Source of the DNA: Dehalococcoidia bacterium
Lineage (GTDB): Bacteria > Chloroflexota > Dehalococcoidia > Lucifugimonadales > VXLM01
Length of the DNA: 64,000 nt
NCBI GenBank assembly: GCA_963662435.1
Contig: OY759598.1
Span: 496,001-560,000, forward strand
Direction: 5' to 3'
This document shows, in pieces, positions 1 to 10,883 of the stretch (within the stretch, counting starts at the first letter, position 1; the number at the start of each line of letters is the position of its first letter). The notes beneath the pieces were generated by a model. That model had not been told where the DNA came from, made no database searches, and saw only the letters and a program-made list of their open reading frames with translations. A program made the translations under genes and the position numbers.

Positions 1-9
1 TGTGGCCCA

Positions 10-795
10 TTAGGCAAGAACCGCACGCAATCCCGAGGCACGATCGTTCAGCCACTGGTAGATCATGAAGATATCCGTCCCAATGGCGAAGTGAGTCACG
101 CCAATCTCTAGATAGTCATCAGCCTGTGCCGGTTCATTGATCTCTGCCCTCGGCTGTATGCCCTTCGAAAGCGCTACCGTGAATATGTGGTCGCGCACCT
201 CTTTGAGTTCCTCGGGACTGACTCCTCGAGGTCTTCCTACGCTCATCGAGTAGTCATTCCCTCCGAAGACGATCATGTCCACGCCCGGCACCGACAAGAT
301 CTCCTCGATGTTCTTCACCGCCTCGTCCTTCTCAATCATCAGCGCCACAATCGAGTCCTCGAGCGCTTGCACGTACTCCGGCGAGCCGCTTTCCAGTCCA
401 TAGCTGGCAAACCGCCGGTCAGCCGATCCGAAGTGCCCTCCGGTCTGCGGCGACTCCGCCCTTACAATTGCCACGCACTCCTCCGCTTCCGCCGCGTCAT
501 GCACATCCGAAAACAGCACGTTCTGAAATCCCGATCCCACTGCCCGCTGCGCCACCCACCCGCGGTTCTCCCGGTCAACCTTGATCATCCCCGTCATCCC
601 GCCAAGCTCTAGCGCCCGCCCAAAATTGTCCAACTCCGTCAACGAGTACGGCGCATACTCCGCAACGAACTCTATGTAATCAATCAGCCCCGTCTTGCCG
701 ATCATCTCCACAATGTCCGGCGACGTCGTCATCACGTGCGTCCCCACACTCGGCTTCCCCGCCCTCAAAAGTTCCCTCAACTTATTCGGTCGCAT
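10..795 (-). CDS. HpcH/HpaI aldolase family protein
   Basis: 261-aa ORF; 'IEFVAEY', 'ALMIEKDEAVKNIEEILSVPGVDMIVFGGNDYSMSVG' match the HpcH pattern. Confidence 0.85.
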   Translation of the reverse strand: MRPNKLRELLRAGKPSVGTHVMTTSPDIVEMIGKTGLIDYIEFVAEYAPYSLTELDNFGRALELGGMTGMIKVDRENRGWVAQRAVGSGFQNVLFSDVHDAAEAEECVAIVRAESPQTGGHFGSADRRFASYGLESGSPEYVQALEDSIVALMIEKDEAVKNIEEILSVPGVDMIVFGGNDYSMSVGRPRGVSPEELKEVRDHIFTVALSKGIQPRAEINEPAQADDYLEIGVTHFAIGTDIFMIYQWLNDRASGLRAVLA

Positions 796-873
796 GTATT
801 CTCCTCTAGTGTTTGGCGATCAGCACATAACTATCCCAGAATAGACTCCGGGTTGGCAATGAGTACTCAAGCT

Positions 874-906
874 CCGTTCATGCTGAGCCTGTCGAAGCAT
901 GAATGG
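874..906. repeat. REP-like palindrome family A (CTGAGCCTGTCGAAG core)
   Basis: ccgttcatgctgagcctgtcgaagcatgaatgg; related copies at 10766-10795 and 57670-57692. Confidence 0.7.
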
Positions 907-940
907 ACTGGGATGACTCGGCTTTTGTGTTTCATTCCTC

Positions 941-2491
941 TCATTCTGTCTCCGTCGGAGTGTATGTGTCGGGAGGCGTGATACCGTGAAAGATGGAATA
1001 CTGGGAAATCACCAGCTTGCCCGGCCCTGGGCCAATTGTACATATGTCAGGTCTCACACCGGAGATGATCGGGCAGGATTTGGAAGTTGCGACGTTTTCA
1101 CTATGGATGGTGCCCCATACTATGAACGAGTAGACGCCATTGCCAAGCTTTTCCAACAGATCACTTAGGTCGGCCTTGACCATGAAATGTTCATCGTTGG
1201 CTGACCATTCCGACGCTGTGATCCATGGCACTGAAGTTGTGACACTAGATGGACTGGAAGATGCCGCCACCATCCGCCGCCATAGTTCATTGGCATCAGC
1301 ATGTGAACGTGGTGGTAGGGCATCTGCCGTAACGTCGTAGGGACTGGGACAGGATTCAAAGACTGCCGTATACCTTTGTTCTCGCCAATGCCATCCCTCG
1401 GACAACGGCCATCTCAGCGAGGCTACCCGTTTACCGTGATCGTAACAATAGGTGCGAGCAGTCTGTCCAGAGGTGAGCAAGTGTGGCGGGGGATCGAAGT
1501 ATATCTGAACATCCAAGTCGCTATCCACTCCAAAAGTTACCCCATTCTTCACCGTCCCAGACATAGCAAGGACACCGTTCTCTATGGTGGGAAGTAGTGT
1601 GTATTTAATATAGTCGCCTTCGAAATGCTGTACGGCAAAAAGGTTAAATTGATCCCACGCTATTCCAATGTTCACCCTCTTATGTCCTCGATCAAGAATG
1701 TTTCTCCGGTGGTCCGTGCTTTCCATCCACTTGACAATTCCCTCGCGAATTTCCTCATTTATGCTTGCGATGGCGCGGTAGCCGTCAGATGCGGTGATGC
1801 AGTAGCTACTCCCAAGTCCATTCTCTCCATTCGATTGGTAGCCTCCCGCCAAGCTATATCGCATGTATGGTTTCAGACCATCAACTCCCCAATGTGATGA
1901 GACGCAGTTGTCTAGCGATGTCTCGGCATGCAACTGAGCGGCAATGTTTTCACCCAATATGACCGGGGCTGCGCCGACCTCTTCACGTTCGAGGTTGATG
2001 AGCTCTAACATATAGCTCTTTTCTTCAAGGTGCCTTAAGTGAGGTGGAGGTAGGGGAGTCGGTACCGTCGATGACGGAATGAGTATTGGCGTTGCGGTTG
2101 GCACAAGGCGCGTTGATGTTGGGCTATGTGTTCTGCTACTTAACTGCGCCTCAATAGCCTGTTGCACGACGTGCGTTGGTGTTGCGGTTGGTGGCACCGC
2201 GGCCATTCCGCGCGGAGCAGATTCTGACGAAGAAGTGTATGAGGTTAGCAACTCTTCCAAACGCTCGGCGTTGATGAAAGCCCCTATACCAACAGTGACA
2301 AGGAGAAGAATGATGACTAACCACGTTTTTCCCTTGCCACGACCGGAAGAGCCGTGCCTTGAATGTCGTGTGCTAGTGCGAATCCCCTCTCGCCTGCCCC
2401 CGGATCGAAACTCGCGCAAACGCTTGTCGACGCACGCCGCACACGTACACGCGGGTGGATGATCCGAGTGCCAGTTTCGTCTCTCAGGCAA
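941..2491 (-). CDS. Membrane-anchored CAP/SCP-domain protein with Pro/Thr linker
   Basis: TM helix, PT-rich linker, 'MLELINLERE...AAQLHAE...SHW...GEN...WMESTDHRRNIL...VNIGIA'. Confidence 0.8.
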   Translation of the reverse strand: MPERRNWHSDHPPACTCAACVDKRLREFRSGGRREGIRTSTRHSRHGSSGRGKGKTWLVIILLLVTVGIGAFINAERLEELLTSYTSSSESAPRGMAAVPPTATPTHVVQQAIEAQLSSRTHSPTSTRLVPTATPILIPSSTVPTPLPPPHLRHLEEKSYMLELINLEREEVGAAPVILGENIAAQLHAETSLDNCVSSHWGVDGLKPYMRYSLAGGYQSNGENGLGSSYCITASDGYRAIASINEEIREGIVKWMESTDHRRNILDRGHKRVNIGIAWDQFNLFAVQHFEGDYIKYTLLPTIENGVLAMSGTVKNGVTFGVDSDLDVQIYFDPPPHLLTSGQTARTYCYDHGKRVASLRWPLSEGWHWREQRYTAVFESCPSPYDVTADALPPRSHADANELWRRMVAASSSPSSVTTSVPWITASEWSANDEHFMVKADLSDLLEKLGNGVYSFIVWGTIHSENVATSKSCPIISGVRPDICTIGPGPGKLVISQYSIFHGITPPDTYTPTETE

Positions 2492-2497
2492 TGTCGC

Positions 2498-3562
2498 CTA
2501 CCCCAGCGCACCCACAATCGCATCCCCGACCTCCGACGTGCTCGACGAACCGCCCAGGTCCGGCGTCAAGCTCTCGCCCTCTTCCAGAACGCTCAGCACG
2601 GCGTGATCGATCGCAGCTGCCGAGTCCTCCTCACCCATGAACCTCAGCATCATCGCCCCGGACATGATCGCCGCCATCGGATTCGCAATTCCCTGACCGG
2701 CGATATCGGGAGCGCTCCCGTGCACCGGCTCGAACATCGAAGGGAACCGCCTCATCGGGTCAATGTTGCCGCTGGGCGCCGTCCCCATGCTGCCCGTGAT
2801 AATCGCTCCGATATCCGTGAGGATGTCCCCAAACAGGTTGCTCGCGACCACCACGTCGAACTCCTCCGGTTTCCGAACGAAGTCCATGCAAGCCGCGTCG
2901 ACCAGCAGCGATGTAGTGGCAATGTCGGGATACTCGGCCGAAACCCTATCAAATGCCTCGTCCCAAACGATCAGCCCGTATCCTTGCGCGTTCGATTTTG
3001 TGACCGACGTCACATGACGCTTCTTGTCGCGTGACCGTGCTAGCTCAAAGGAATACCGGATCACCCGCTCGCAGCCGTGCCGCGTGAACACGCTCGTCTG
3101 GATCCCGACCTCTTCAGGGAACCCCTTGTACTGGAACCCGCCGACGTTGGCGTACTCCCCCTCCGTGTTCTCGCGGATAACCGCGATGTCGATGTCCCAG
3201 GCCTCCTTGCCCGCAAGGGGCGATTGTATGCCCGGATACAACACGCTCGGCCGCTCGCAAACGTATTGATCGAATCGCCGCCTGATGGGCAGTAGCAACC
3301 CGTTCAGCGTCACATGGTCCTGCAGTTCAGGATGCCCCACGGCCCCAAGGTAGATCTGGTCGAAGTTCGCGAGCGTGTCGAGCGCATCATCCGGCATCAT
3401 CTGACCGTGCTCAAGATAGTAATCCGACCCCCACGGAAACTCGGTAAACTCCATAGTGATCTCGTAGTCCCGCGCGACCTTACGCAGGACCTTCAACCCT
3501 TCCTCGACCACGTCAACTCCAATGCCGTCCCCTCGAATGACGGCTATCTTGAATTCGGACAT
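2498..3562 (-). CDS. Tartrate dehydrogenase / beta-decarboxylating dehydrogenase family
   Basis: 'GDGIG', 'RENTEGEY', 'NLFGDILTD', 'FEPVHGSAPDIAGQGIANP'. Confidence 0.85.
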   Translation of the reverse strand: MSEFKIAVIRGDGIGVDVVEEGLKVLRKVARDYEITMEFTEFPWGSDYYLEHGQMMPDDALDTLANFDQIYLGAVGHPELQDHVTLNGLLLPIRRRFDQYVCERPSVLYPGIQSPLAGKEAWDIDIAVIRENTEGEYANVGGFQYKGFPEEVGIQTSVFTRHGCERVIRYSFELARSRDKKRHVTSVTKSNAQGYGLIVWDEAFDRVSAEYPDIATTSLLVDAACMDFVRKPEEFDVVVASNLFGDILTDIGAIITGSMGTAPSGNIDPMRRFPSMFEPVHGSAPDIAGQGIANPMAAIMSGAMMLRFMGEEDSAAAIDHAVLSVLEEGESLTPDLGGSSSTSEVGDAIVGALG

Positions 3563-3680
3563 TTTCGGATACCTCTCTGTGCAGAAGACTTGCTGTGAGT
3601 TGATAGATGGAGTGGAGACATATTCACTCTTTCACATACACCTGAAGGGCGCGGCGTGGTCCCTCTTGGTCTCGGAAAGA

Positions 3681-5105
3681 CTACGCCCACACCGGCGGCC
3701 TCCGCCCCGCCCACGGACGCGCCTCCTCAAGCTGGCCCGACAGCCGCAACAGGGTCGCCTCATCCCCATAACGTCCCAGGAAGTGCATACCGATAGGCAG
3801 GCCGTCCTCGTTCCATGTCAGGGGCAATGAAATCCCCGGCTGTCCCGTAACGTTGGCGATGTAGGTAAATGGAGAGAATGTCGCCTGTCGGCGTCGCAAC
3901 TCAAAAGGGTCCCCGCTGTCGAACGTGAGTACACCCAGTGGCAAAGGTGGCTCACCGAGTGTTGGCGTCAGCCACATGTCATGCTCCCCGAAGAACTTCC
4001 CCATCTCGCGGGCGCCCAGCTGCAGACGTTCCAAGTGGCCAAGATACGCTGGTGCGCCGATGCTGTCTCCACGCTCCACGAGTGCCGCGATGAACGGTTC
4101 GATGTCGCCGGGTCCGGCCTTCCTCCCGACTCTGTCCTCCCAGCCGTGTACCCCCCACGCAACGCCTGCCGACATCATCGTCGTCCAATCGAACCAGAGG
4201 CCGTGCGTGTCGTAGTCCGGCGAACGTTCCTCAACGTCGTGACCCAGTTCCTCGCAGAGCGCCGCGATCTCACGGACGGCATTGGCACAGTCAGGATGTA
4301 CCTCTGTTCCTGTCGGTGACTCAGTGGAAAAGGCGATGCGAAGCCTGCCCGGCGGCGCTCCAACCTCTTCGAGGTACGACCCTGCCTGTGGGGGCGCGGG
4401 ATACCAGTCTCCGACATCCGGCCCAGCCGTGATGTCCAGCACCGCCGCCGTATCTCGTACCGTCCTTGTTAGTACGTGCTCAGCAACGAATCCTGAGAAC
4501 ACCTCCCCGAAATACGGGCCAAGAGGATTCCTCCCCCGCGTCGGCTTGAGCCCCACTGTCCCGCACGCCGCCGCAGGAATCCGAATCGATCCTCCCGCGT
4601 CGTTGCCATGAGCCACGGGCACTACTCCCGACGCCACCATGGCACCGGCCCCGCCACTCGATCCGCCAGGCGTCCGCGTTGTGTCCCATGGATTGTGTGT
4701 CGCCCCTCGGTAGCGCGGTTCCGTCGTCGCACCGATGGCGAACTCCGGCAGGTTCGTCTTGGCGACCGTGATGAACCCGCCAGCCTTGAACCTCCTCACC
4801 AGCTCTGTGTCCCGGTCCGGCACGAACCCCTGCAGGAAGCGTGAACTCGCCGAGTACTCCACACCCGCGTACTCGGCAAGGAAGTCCTTCAGCAGGAATG
4901 GCACTCCCGCCAGCGGCCCACTGCCGATGTCGCCTTGCGCCAGCTCTCGGGCATGTTCATACATCTTGATCGTAACGCCGTTCAACGTCGGATTGACACG
5001 CTCGATGCGGTCGATTACCTCATCCACCAGTTCCAGCGACGTGACCTCTCTGCGGCGAATCAGCTCCGCCAGGCCAACCGCGTCGTACTGCGCAAAGTCT
5101 TCCAT
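3681..5105 (-). CDS. Amidase-signature family enzyme
   Basis: 'LLKD', 'GGSSGG', 'GGSIRIPA'. Confidence 0.9.
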   Translation of the reverse strand: MEDFAQYDAVGLAELIRRREVTSLELVDEVIDRIERVNPTLNGVTIKMYEHARELAQGDIGSGPLAGVPFLLKDFLAEYAGVEYSASSRFLQGFVPDRDTELVRRFKAGGFITVAKTNLPEFAIGATTEPRYRGATHNPWDTTRTPGGSSGGAGAMVASGVVPVAHGNDAGGSIRIPAAACGTVGLKPTRGRNPLGPYFGEVFSGFVAEHVLTRTVRDTAAVLDITAGPDVGDWYPAPPQAGSYLEEVGAPPGRLRIAFSTESPTGTEVHPDCANAVREIAALCEELGHDVEERSPDYDTHGLWFDWTTMMSAGVAWGVHGWEDRVGRKAGPGDIEPFIAALVERGDSIGAPAYLGHLERLQLGAREMGKFFGEHDMWLTPTLGEPPLPLGVLTFDSGDPFELRRRQATFSPFTYIANVTGQPGISLPLTWNEDGLPIGMHFLGRYGDEATLLRLSGQLEEARPWAGRRPPVWA

Positions 5106-5279
5106 GAATTGCCCTCCAGGTCAGTGTGTATGAGGCTACGGCATGGTATGTGGGCTCCGAGGCTCTGTCAAACATGGCCAGATGTCAGAGGGTCGAGAGC
5201 GGGAGACCTTTAGATGTACAATCACTGTGCCGCGAAATGGCCCAACCACCCTGTATATTTGGATGGGAGTTACAGGAAA

Positions 5280-6221
5280 TTGCTCTACAGAACCCTCGGA
5301 CGTACCGGCCTCAACGTTTCCCTGCTCAGCTACGGCACGGGCGGGCCCAGGATGTTTGGCCAGAACGAAGGCATGGACCGCTCTGGTCAGGTCGCCATTG
5401 TCCGCAGGTGCATCGACCTGGGGGTCAACCTCTTCGATACTGCCAAGGGCTATGAGAACAGCGAGACGATCTTGGGCGAGTGCCTCAAGGGCATCCCTCG
5501 CGACTCCTACCACTTAATCACGAAATGGCGATTCGAAGAGGAACACACGGGTCCCCAGGAGCGCGTCCTAGCTGACTCGATAGAGGACAGCCTTCGAACT
5601 CTTGGCACAGACCACATCGAAATCTACATGCTGCACGGTCTCACCGACGTCTGGTACGACGATGGCGTGGAGCGCTACTACCCAGTACTTGAACGGTTCC
5701 GCGAGCAGGGAAAGATCGGCGCAATCGGCCTGAGCACCCAGTATGTCATTGACGCTCCGCAGGAAGGTGCGCTCATTTCGCTCACGCGCAACCCCGACCT
5801 GTGGGACGTCCTCATGGTCAAGTACGGCATCCTCAATCAGCATGCCACGAAGGAGATCCTACCTCTGGCCATCGAACACAACGTCGGCATCGTAAACATG
5901 GCGGCCGCCCGAATCCGCCTCCCTGACCCCGACCTGCTCGAACAGACCGTCGCCGAGTGGAAGGAGAATGGCTACCTGAAGCCGGACAGCCTACCTGAGA
6001 AGGACCCTCTCGGCTGGCTCGTCCACGACGATGTGGAGTCGGTCGTCGCCGCCGGGTACAAGTTTGCCGCCGACCATCCCTCCGTCGCAACGGTGCTCAC
6101 CGGCACGTCAAACCTCGACCACCTTGAGCAGAACGCCCGCGCCCTCGAACGCCCCAGCCTCGTCGCCGCCGACTCCCAGCGCATCATCGATCTCTTCAGC
6201 CACATCGTCGAATACGCCTGA
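5280..6221 (+). CDS. Aldo/keto reductase
   Basis: Likely TTG start (LLYRTLGRTGL); 'FDTAKGY', 'SLRTLGTDHIEIY', 'GKIGAIGLS'. Confidence 0.85.
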   Translation: MLYRTLGRTGLNVSLLSYGTGGPRMFGQNEGMDRSGQVAIVRRCIDLGVNLFDTAKGYENSETILGECLKGIPRDSYHLITKWRFEEEHTGPQERVLADSIEDSLRTLGTDHIEIYMLHGLTDVWYDDGVERYYPVLERFREQGKIGAIGLSTQYVIDAPQEGALISLTRNPDLWDVLMVKYGILNQHATKEILPLAIEHNVGIVNMAAARIRLPDPDLLEQTVAEWKENGYLKPDSLPEKDPLGWLVHDDVESVVAAGYKFAADHPSVATVLTGTSNLDHLEQNARALERPSLVAADSQRIIDLFSHIVEYA

Positions 6222-6222
6222 G

Positions 6223-7377
6223 CTAGGGTAGGGCAATCCGAGGCTGCCAGTCCCCATCTACCGAGAATTCGGAAAGAGCATCGTCGCTGACATCTATTCC
6301 CAACCCCGGACGCTCCGGCAACGGGAACGCCCCGTCGGCGACCTCCGGCTGTCCACTTGCGATCCGTCCGCGCAGAGAGTATGCGTGACGGTTGTGCTCC
6401 ATGATGAAAAAGTTCGGGATTGCTGCTGAGTAGTGAATTGATGCCACGATGGAGACAACGCCTCCACCCCCTATATGCGGTGCGACCGGTATGTTGTACG
6501 TGTCAGCGTGTGCCGCAATCGCCATCCCCTCCGTCAGACCCGTCCTCGCAATGTCCGGCATGACGATATCGAACGCCCGCCTTTTGAACGCCTCTCGAAG
6601 GTCCCAGCGTGTCCGGGTCCACTCGCTCGACGCCACCGGAACGTCCAGCGCCCGCGAGAGCTCCACAAGCCCGCCAATATCCTCTGGCACAAGAGGCGAC
6701 TCCAGCCATGTCGCGCCGATGGCCTCCAGCCTGCGCCCAAGTGCGATGGCGGACGACACGCTGTGGTGCGTGTGCACGTCGACCATGATCTTGACATCCG
6801 GCCCAACCGCCTCCCTGACGGCCTCAGCCACCTCGGCCGTCTCCGATACCGAGCCGCGAATGTGCAGCTTCACCCCGCCGTAGCCCGCTTCGGCATGAGA
6901 CTTCGCCTCCACCGCGGCCTCGGCGGGCGTCGTCGCGCTCACACCGTTGTACACGGGCACACGGTCCCGAAACGCTCCTCCCAGCAGCTTGTATACCGGC
7001 AGTCCTGTCGCCTTCCCCTTGATGTCCCACAATGCAATGTCCACCGCCGCAAGCGCGTCCGGATAGAATCCCGTCTGGTGACCCCTCTCCCGCATGGCCG
7101 AGTACATCCGGTACCACAACGCCGACGTGTCGAGCGGATCACTGCCCAGCAGCATCGGCCTCAACGCCGTTTCGATGATGGCCTTCGTCGCCTGCGGGGA
7201 AATCGGTGATTGTCCCTCGCCGAACCCTACGATCCCGGCGTCGGTCTTAACCCGCGCGATAACCGTTTGATGGCGAGTCCCATAGATCGAATAACGGAAG
7301 TCGTCGTTGACGAGGTATTCCGGCTCGCCAACGTCGCCGATGCCTATGGCGAAGGCGTCGACCCGCTTGATCTTCAT
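6223..7377 (-). CDS. Mandelate racemase/muconate-lactonizing (enolase superfamily) enzyme
   Basis: 'GFGE', 'VDIALWDIKGK', 'MVD', 'WLESP', 'MPDI', 'PGLG'. Confidence 0.9.
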   Translation of the reverse strand: MKIKRVDAFAIGIGDVGEPEYLVNDDFRYSIYGTRHQTVIARVKTDAGIVGFGEGQSPISPQATKAIIETALRPMLLGSDPLDTSALWYRMYSAMRERGHQTGFYPDALAAVDIALWDIKGKATGLPVYKLLGGAFRDRVPVYNGVSATTPAEAAVEAKSHAEAGYGGVKLHIRGSVSETAEVAEAVREAVGPDVKIMVDVHTHHSVSSAIALGRRLEAIGATWLESPLVPEDIGGLVELSRALDVPVASSEWTRTRWDLREAFKRRAFDIVMPDIARTGLTEGMAIAAHADTYNIPVAPHIGGGGVVSIVASIHYSAAIPNFFIMEHNRHAYSLRGRIASGQPEVADGAFPLPERPGLGIDVSDDALSEFSVDGDWQPRIALP

Positions 7378-7383
7378 TGGCGA

Positions 7384-8699
7384 CTACTCCGACTCGTCCA
7401 GCATCGCGGCGATCTCCTTCTCGATCTGCAGTCTTGCCGTGATCACGTACTCGTCCGTCGTCGGTCCGACGACTCGCGTCTCGAATCCGTGCGAACCAAA
7501 CCCGGGCACAATCTGCTCGCGCACGCGGTACTCCGGATCGTTGAAGTAGTAGGGACGGGTACCCCGCAACGGCTCCGGCAGGTCGCCTCCCTCCGTTCGA
7601 TAGACGGCGGGATTCGCGAGCACAACCGTCGGAGCGTCCTTACCCACTTCTGCCGGACGGCTCGGAACCACCATGTCGCCCATCAGCACCTCAGGCTTGA
7701 GCTCCGGGGCCCAATGGAGTATCCGGTACGTCGCTCCCGGTCCGACATAATGCCCCATGTCACGCTTGGTGATGACGTACTCATGCCACTTCCTTAGCTC
7801 CGGGAAGTGGTGGGCGGGTAGGGTGCTCTCCGCTTCGTATGCGGACCCGTCACCCTCCGCCCGAATGTCGTTGAAAACCATGAACCAGTTCACGAGATCG
7901 CGGACCCCACGTGCGAACTTGCTGTAGTGCTCCGTTCTTCGCGGGCTGCACTCGTCCACGACGAAGATATGCGGCTGCACCTCGCTCATCTCCGTCCAGA
8001 ACTCCGGCGGAAACCCCGACCGGTTCCATCTCCCAATCCAGTGGGGCACCGTCAGCCTCATCGAGCTGTGCGACTGAACCCGCCAGTATCGAACGTCGAA
8101 GTCGTCCTTCAGAATCGCTCCAACGGCTGAACGACCCAGTCCCTCCCGTACCGCTCATTCCCGAATACCACGACCGGCCTTGACGTTCCCGCCTTGAATT
8201 CCCGCAGGAACCGCAGCAGTTCGACCGCTTCATACGCCGCCCGACGGGTCTCCCTCAGGTCCTCTTTCGTGAGCACCGCTGGGTCGTCGCGCTGGTCTTC
8301 CAGTACGGTCAGCGATTCGAACAGAGTTCGCTGCTCATCCGGTCCTTCCGGCCAATCGCGTTGGCGACCGCACTCCGAAACGAACCGGTGATACTCCAAC
8401 TCCCGCATCAGCTCATCGTCCGCGTCGAATTGCCCGCGTCTCGTCTTCGCCCGCAGTCCGTCCAAATGCCCGATCGTCCCCTCGATATCCTCAGTCTGTG
8501 TGAGCAATGCGGACAATACCGGCGTGATTCTCACACCATCATGGTTCTGCACGTTGACCCGCGACAGCCAATCGGCGACCGCCTGCATCCGCGCCATGCC
8601 TTCATCGTGTCCAAGCCCCTCGAATTCGCCGACCTGCTCGGTCGACAGCCGCATCCGGGCTTCGCGATTCAATGTCTCAAATGCCGTCTCATCATTCAT
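7384..8699 (-). pseudogene. Hypothetical ~438-aa protein split by a 1-nt frameshift near 8110
   Basis: ORF 8699-8109 ends ...PLERF*; the shifted frame continues LKDDFDVRYWRVQSHSS into ORF 8061-7384 with no stop. Confidence 0.65.
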
Positions 8700-8733
8700 A
8701 TCGCGCTCCAATCTCGACGTCTTCGCTGCCCCT

Positions 8734-8880
8734 GTCATTCCCGCAATGAACCTGCCCCGAACCGAGATACGGGGGAGACTTTCCCCCTCTCCCGTTCGCG
8801 GGAGAGGGTTTAGGGGTGAGGGCCAAGAACCTCATTCTACGCCCTATCTCCCCGCCCTCTGCACCCTCTGTGGTGAAAGA
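8734..8880. repeat. Composite cluster of three short intergenic repeat families
   Basis: gtcattcccgc...ctgccccg (cf. 39768-39819, 22232-22260); cccctctcccgttcgcgggagaggg...ggggtgaggg (cf. 12075-12112, 21628-21659); ctctgcaccctctgtggtgaa (cf. 22444-22481, 63789-63820). Confidence 0.65.
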
Positions 8881-8881
8881 A

Positions 8882-9832
8882 TCACGCCGCGTCCATCGCC
8901 AGACGAAAGCCCATGTGCCCGGCGGAACTATCCGGCGTGGACGCCGTCCTCGCAGCCGGACGGTACCGGTTACAGTACGACTCGTGGCACAGGTATGACC
9001 CACCCTTGGCGATCTTGCTCTCACCGGTCGCTGGGCCCTGCGGGTCGACGCGCGGGCCCCCAACGTGATGCCTCCTACTGAACCAGTCGGAGCACCACTC
9101 CCACACGTTTCCGGCGACATCGAACAGCCCGAATCCGTTCGGCTCGAACGACGACACAGGCGCCGTGCCGGCATGTCCATCATCCATCGTGTTGACGTTA
9201 GGAAAGTCGCCCTGCCAGATATTGCACATATGCCGACCGCCCGGAGTCAGTTCGTCGCCCCACGGGAAAAGCGCCTGCTCCAGTCCCCCCCGCGCCGCGA
9301 ACTCCCACTCCGCCTCGGTCGGCAGACGTGCGCCCGCCCACCCGGCATAGACGATAGCGTCGTTCCATGACACATGCACGACCGGATGCTCATCCTTACC
9401 GTCAATGGACGACCCGGGTCCCTCGGGCTCACGCCACCACGCCCCATCCACCTTCCACCACCACGGCACCTTAGCGACCGCTTGGTCGACCGTTGCCGCC
9501 ACCTCGTCCGACACGAACTGGTTGAACACGAACGACCACCCGAAACGTTCGGCCTCGGTCACGTGCACCGTCGCCTCCACGAATGCGGCAAACTCCCCGT
9601 TCGTAACCGTCGTCTTCGAGATCAAGAACGGGCTGACCGTGATCCTCCGAACCGGGTCCTCACCGTCCCGCCGATTCCGCACCCGTGCCCGCGTCCCCAT
9701 CAGGAACTCGCCTTCGAGGCGTACCATCTCCGCCGGATGATCCCCTCGCGAAGTATCGCAAGGCGCGCCTCCCCTCGGTGAGGCGGGTACCTCACCGCCG
9801 ATGCGCTCTAGGTTGGGAATACAGCAGTCCAT
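8882..9832 (-). CDS. Formylglycine-generating enzyme (SUMF1/FGE family)
   Basis: 'HPVVHVSWNDA', 'RLPTEAEWE', 'GNVWEW', catalytic 'GGSYLCHESYCNRYR'. Confidence 0.92.
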   Translation of the reverse strand: MDCCIPNLERIGGEVPASPRGGAPCDTSRGDHPAEMVRLEGEFLMGTRARVRNRRDGEDPVRRITVSPFLISKTTVTNGEFAAFVEATVHVTEAERFGWSFVFNQFVSDEVAATVDQAVAKVPWWWKVDGAWWREPEGPGSSIDGKDEHPVVHVSWNDAIVYAGWAGARLPTEAEWEFAARGGLEQALFPWGDELTPGGRHMCNIWQGDFPNVNTMDDGHAGTAPVSSFEPNGFGLFDVAGNVWEWCSDWFSRRHHVGGPRVDPQGPATGESKIAKGGSYLCHESYCNRYRPAARTASTPDSSAGHMGFRLAMDAA

Positions 9833-9941
9833 CTTTCAGGCCGCCCCAATTGTACACCTTGCCTGCCTCCACATGGCCAACACCATAGACACCCGACCGC
9901 GAGTGTGGCATCGTGTACGCAGCCTGACGGAGGCCGTCCGA

Positions 9942-10712
9942 ATGAAAATCCTCGTCGTAAACCCCTTCGGCGATACCGAGTTCTACGGGCAGAACAACCT
10001 TGCGAGGATTGCGCGACCCGATACGGAGTTCGATGTCGTCGACATCGGCGACATGTACCCCCTGCGCAATAACCAGTGGCTCTATTTCCGGTACATGTGC
10101 ACCGACGGGACGCTCGAAACGGTCATGAAGGCCGAGAAGCAGGGGTACGACGCTGTCTTCATCTCCTGCAACCTTGACATCGGCCTGTACGAGGCGAGGC
10201 AGCTCGTGGACATTCCCGTGACCGCGACGCTGGAGTCGGCTGCCCTGGTGGCCCACATGATGGGCTCAACCTATTCTCTGGTGACGGTCGACTACCAGAA
10301 CGGGAAGATCCAGGAGTCGCTCGTCAGGACGTACGGCCTTCATGAGCACTTCGCGTCCCAGCGCCCCTTTGACATCGACGCCAACGATCTCTATCCCGAC
10401 CAGACCCCTGCGGGCGAGGTCATTGAGTCAGTCGTGGCTGCGGCCAAGGCCTGCGTTGACGAGGACGGCGCCGAGGTGGTCATACCCGGCTGCACCCTCG
10501 CGGGTTCCGTCCTCACCCACGACCTCCCCGACGCCGAGTCGGTCATCGGCGCTCCGGTCCTCGACGGCATGGTGACGGGATTCAAGATGGCCGAGATGAT
10601 GGCCGACATCCGCGCCGCCGGAGTGCCAACGGTCTCCCGCCGCGGGTGGTTTGAAAAGCCGCCTGAGTCCGACATGCGCTCACTCCGCACTTTCATGGGG
10701 AGGGAACCGTAA
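9942..10712 (+). CDS. Asp/Glu/hydantoin racemase family
   Basis: GGAGG RBS then 'MKILVVNP'; 'DAVFISC', 'GAEVVIPGCT', 'PVLDG'. Confidence 0.85.
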   Translation: MKILVVNPFGDTEFYGQNNLARIARPDTEFDVVDIGDMYPLRNNQWLYFRYMCTDGTLETVMKAEKQGYDAVFISCNLDIGLYEARQLVDIPVTATLESAALVAHMMGSTYSLVTVDYQNGKIQESLVRTYGLHEHFASQRPFDIDANDLYPDQTPAGEVIESVVAAAKACVDEDGAEVVIPGCTLAGSVLTHDLPDAESVIGAPVLDGMVTGFKMAEMMADIRAAGVPTVSRRGWFEKPPESDMRSLRTFMGREP

Positions 10713-10883
10713 CCTGACGTTTGCCGTTGTACCCGAAGAGACCAGCCCCTCTGAGCCAGAAAGTCCCGTTCGCCCTGAGCCTGTCGAAGGGCGAAGCACA
10801 GCCACCAACAATGATCCCCCACCATCAGCCCTACCGCGCTATATAGGACTGGCATCATCCTGCAACCCATCGGAGCACATTGA

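Noticed and set aside
8882..9832. Sulfatase operon implied by FGE
   Set aside because: No sulfatase gene with a CxPxR motif recognised in this window
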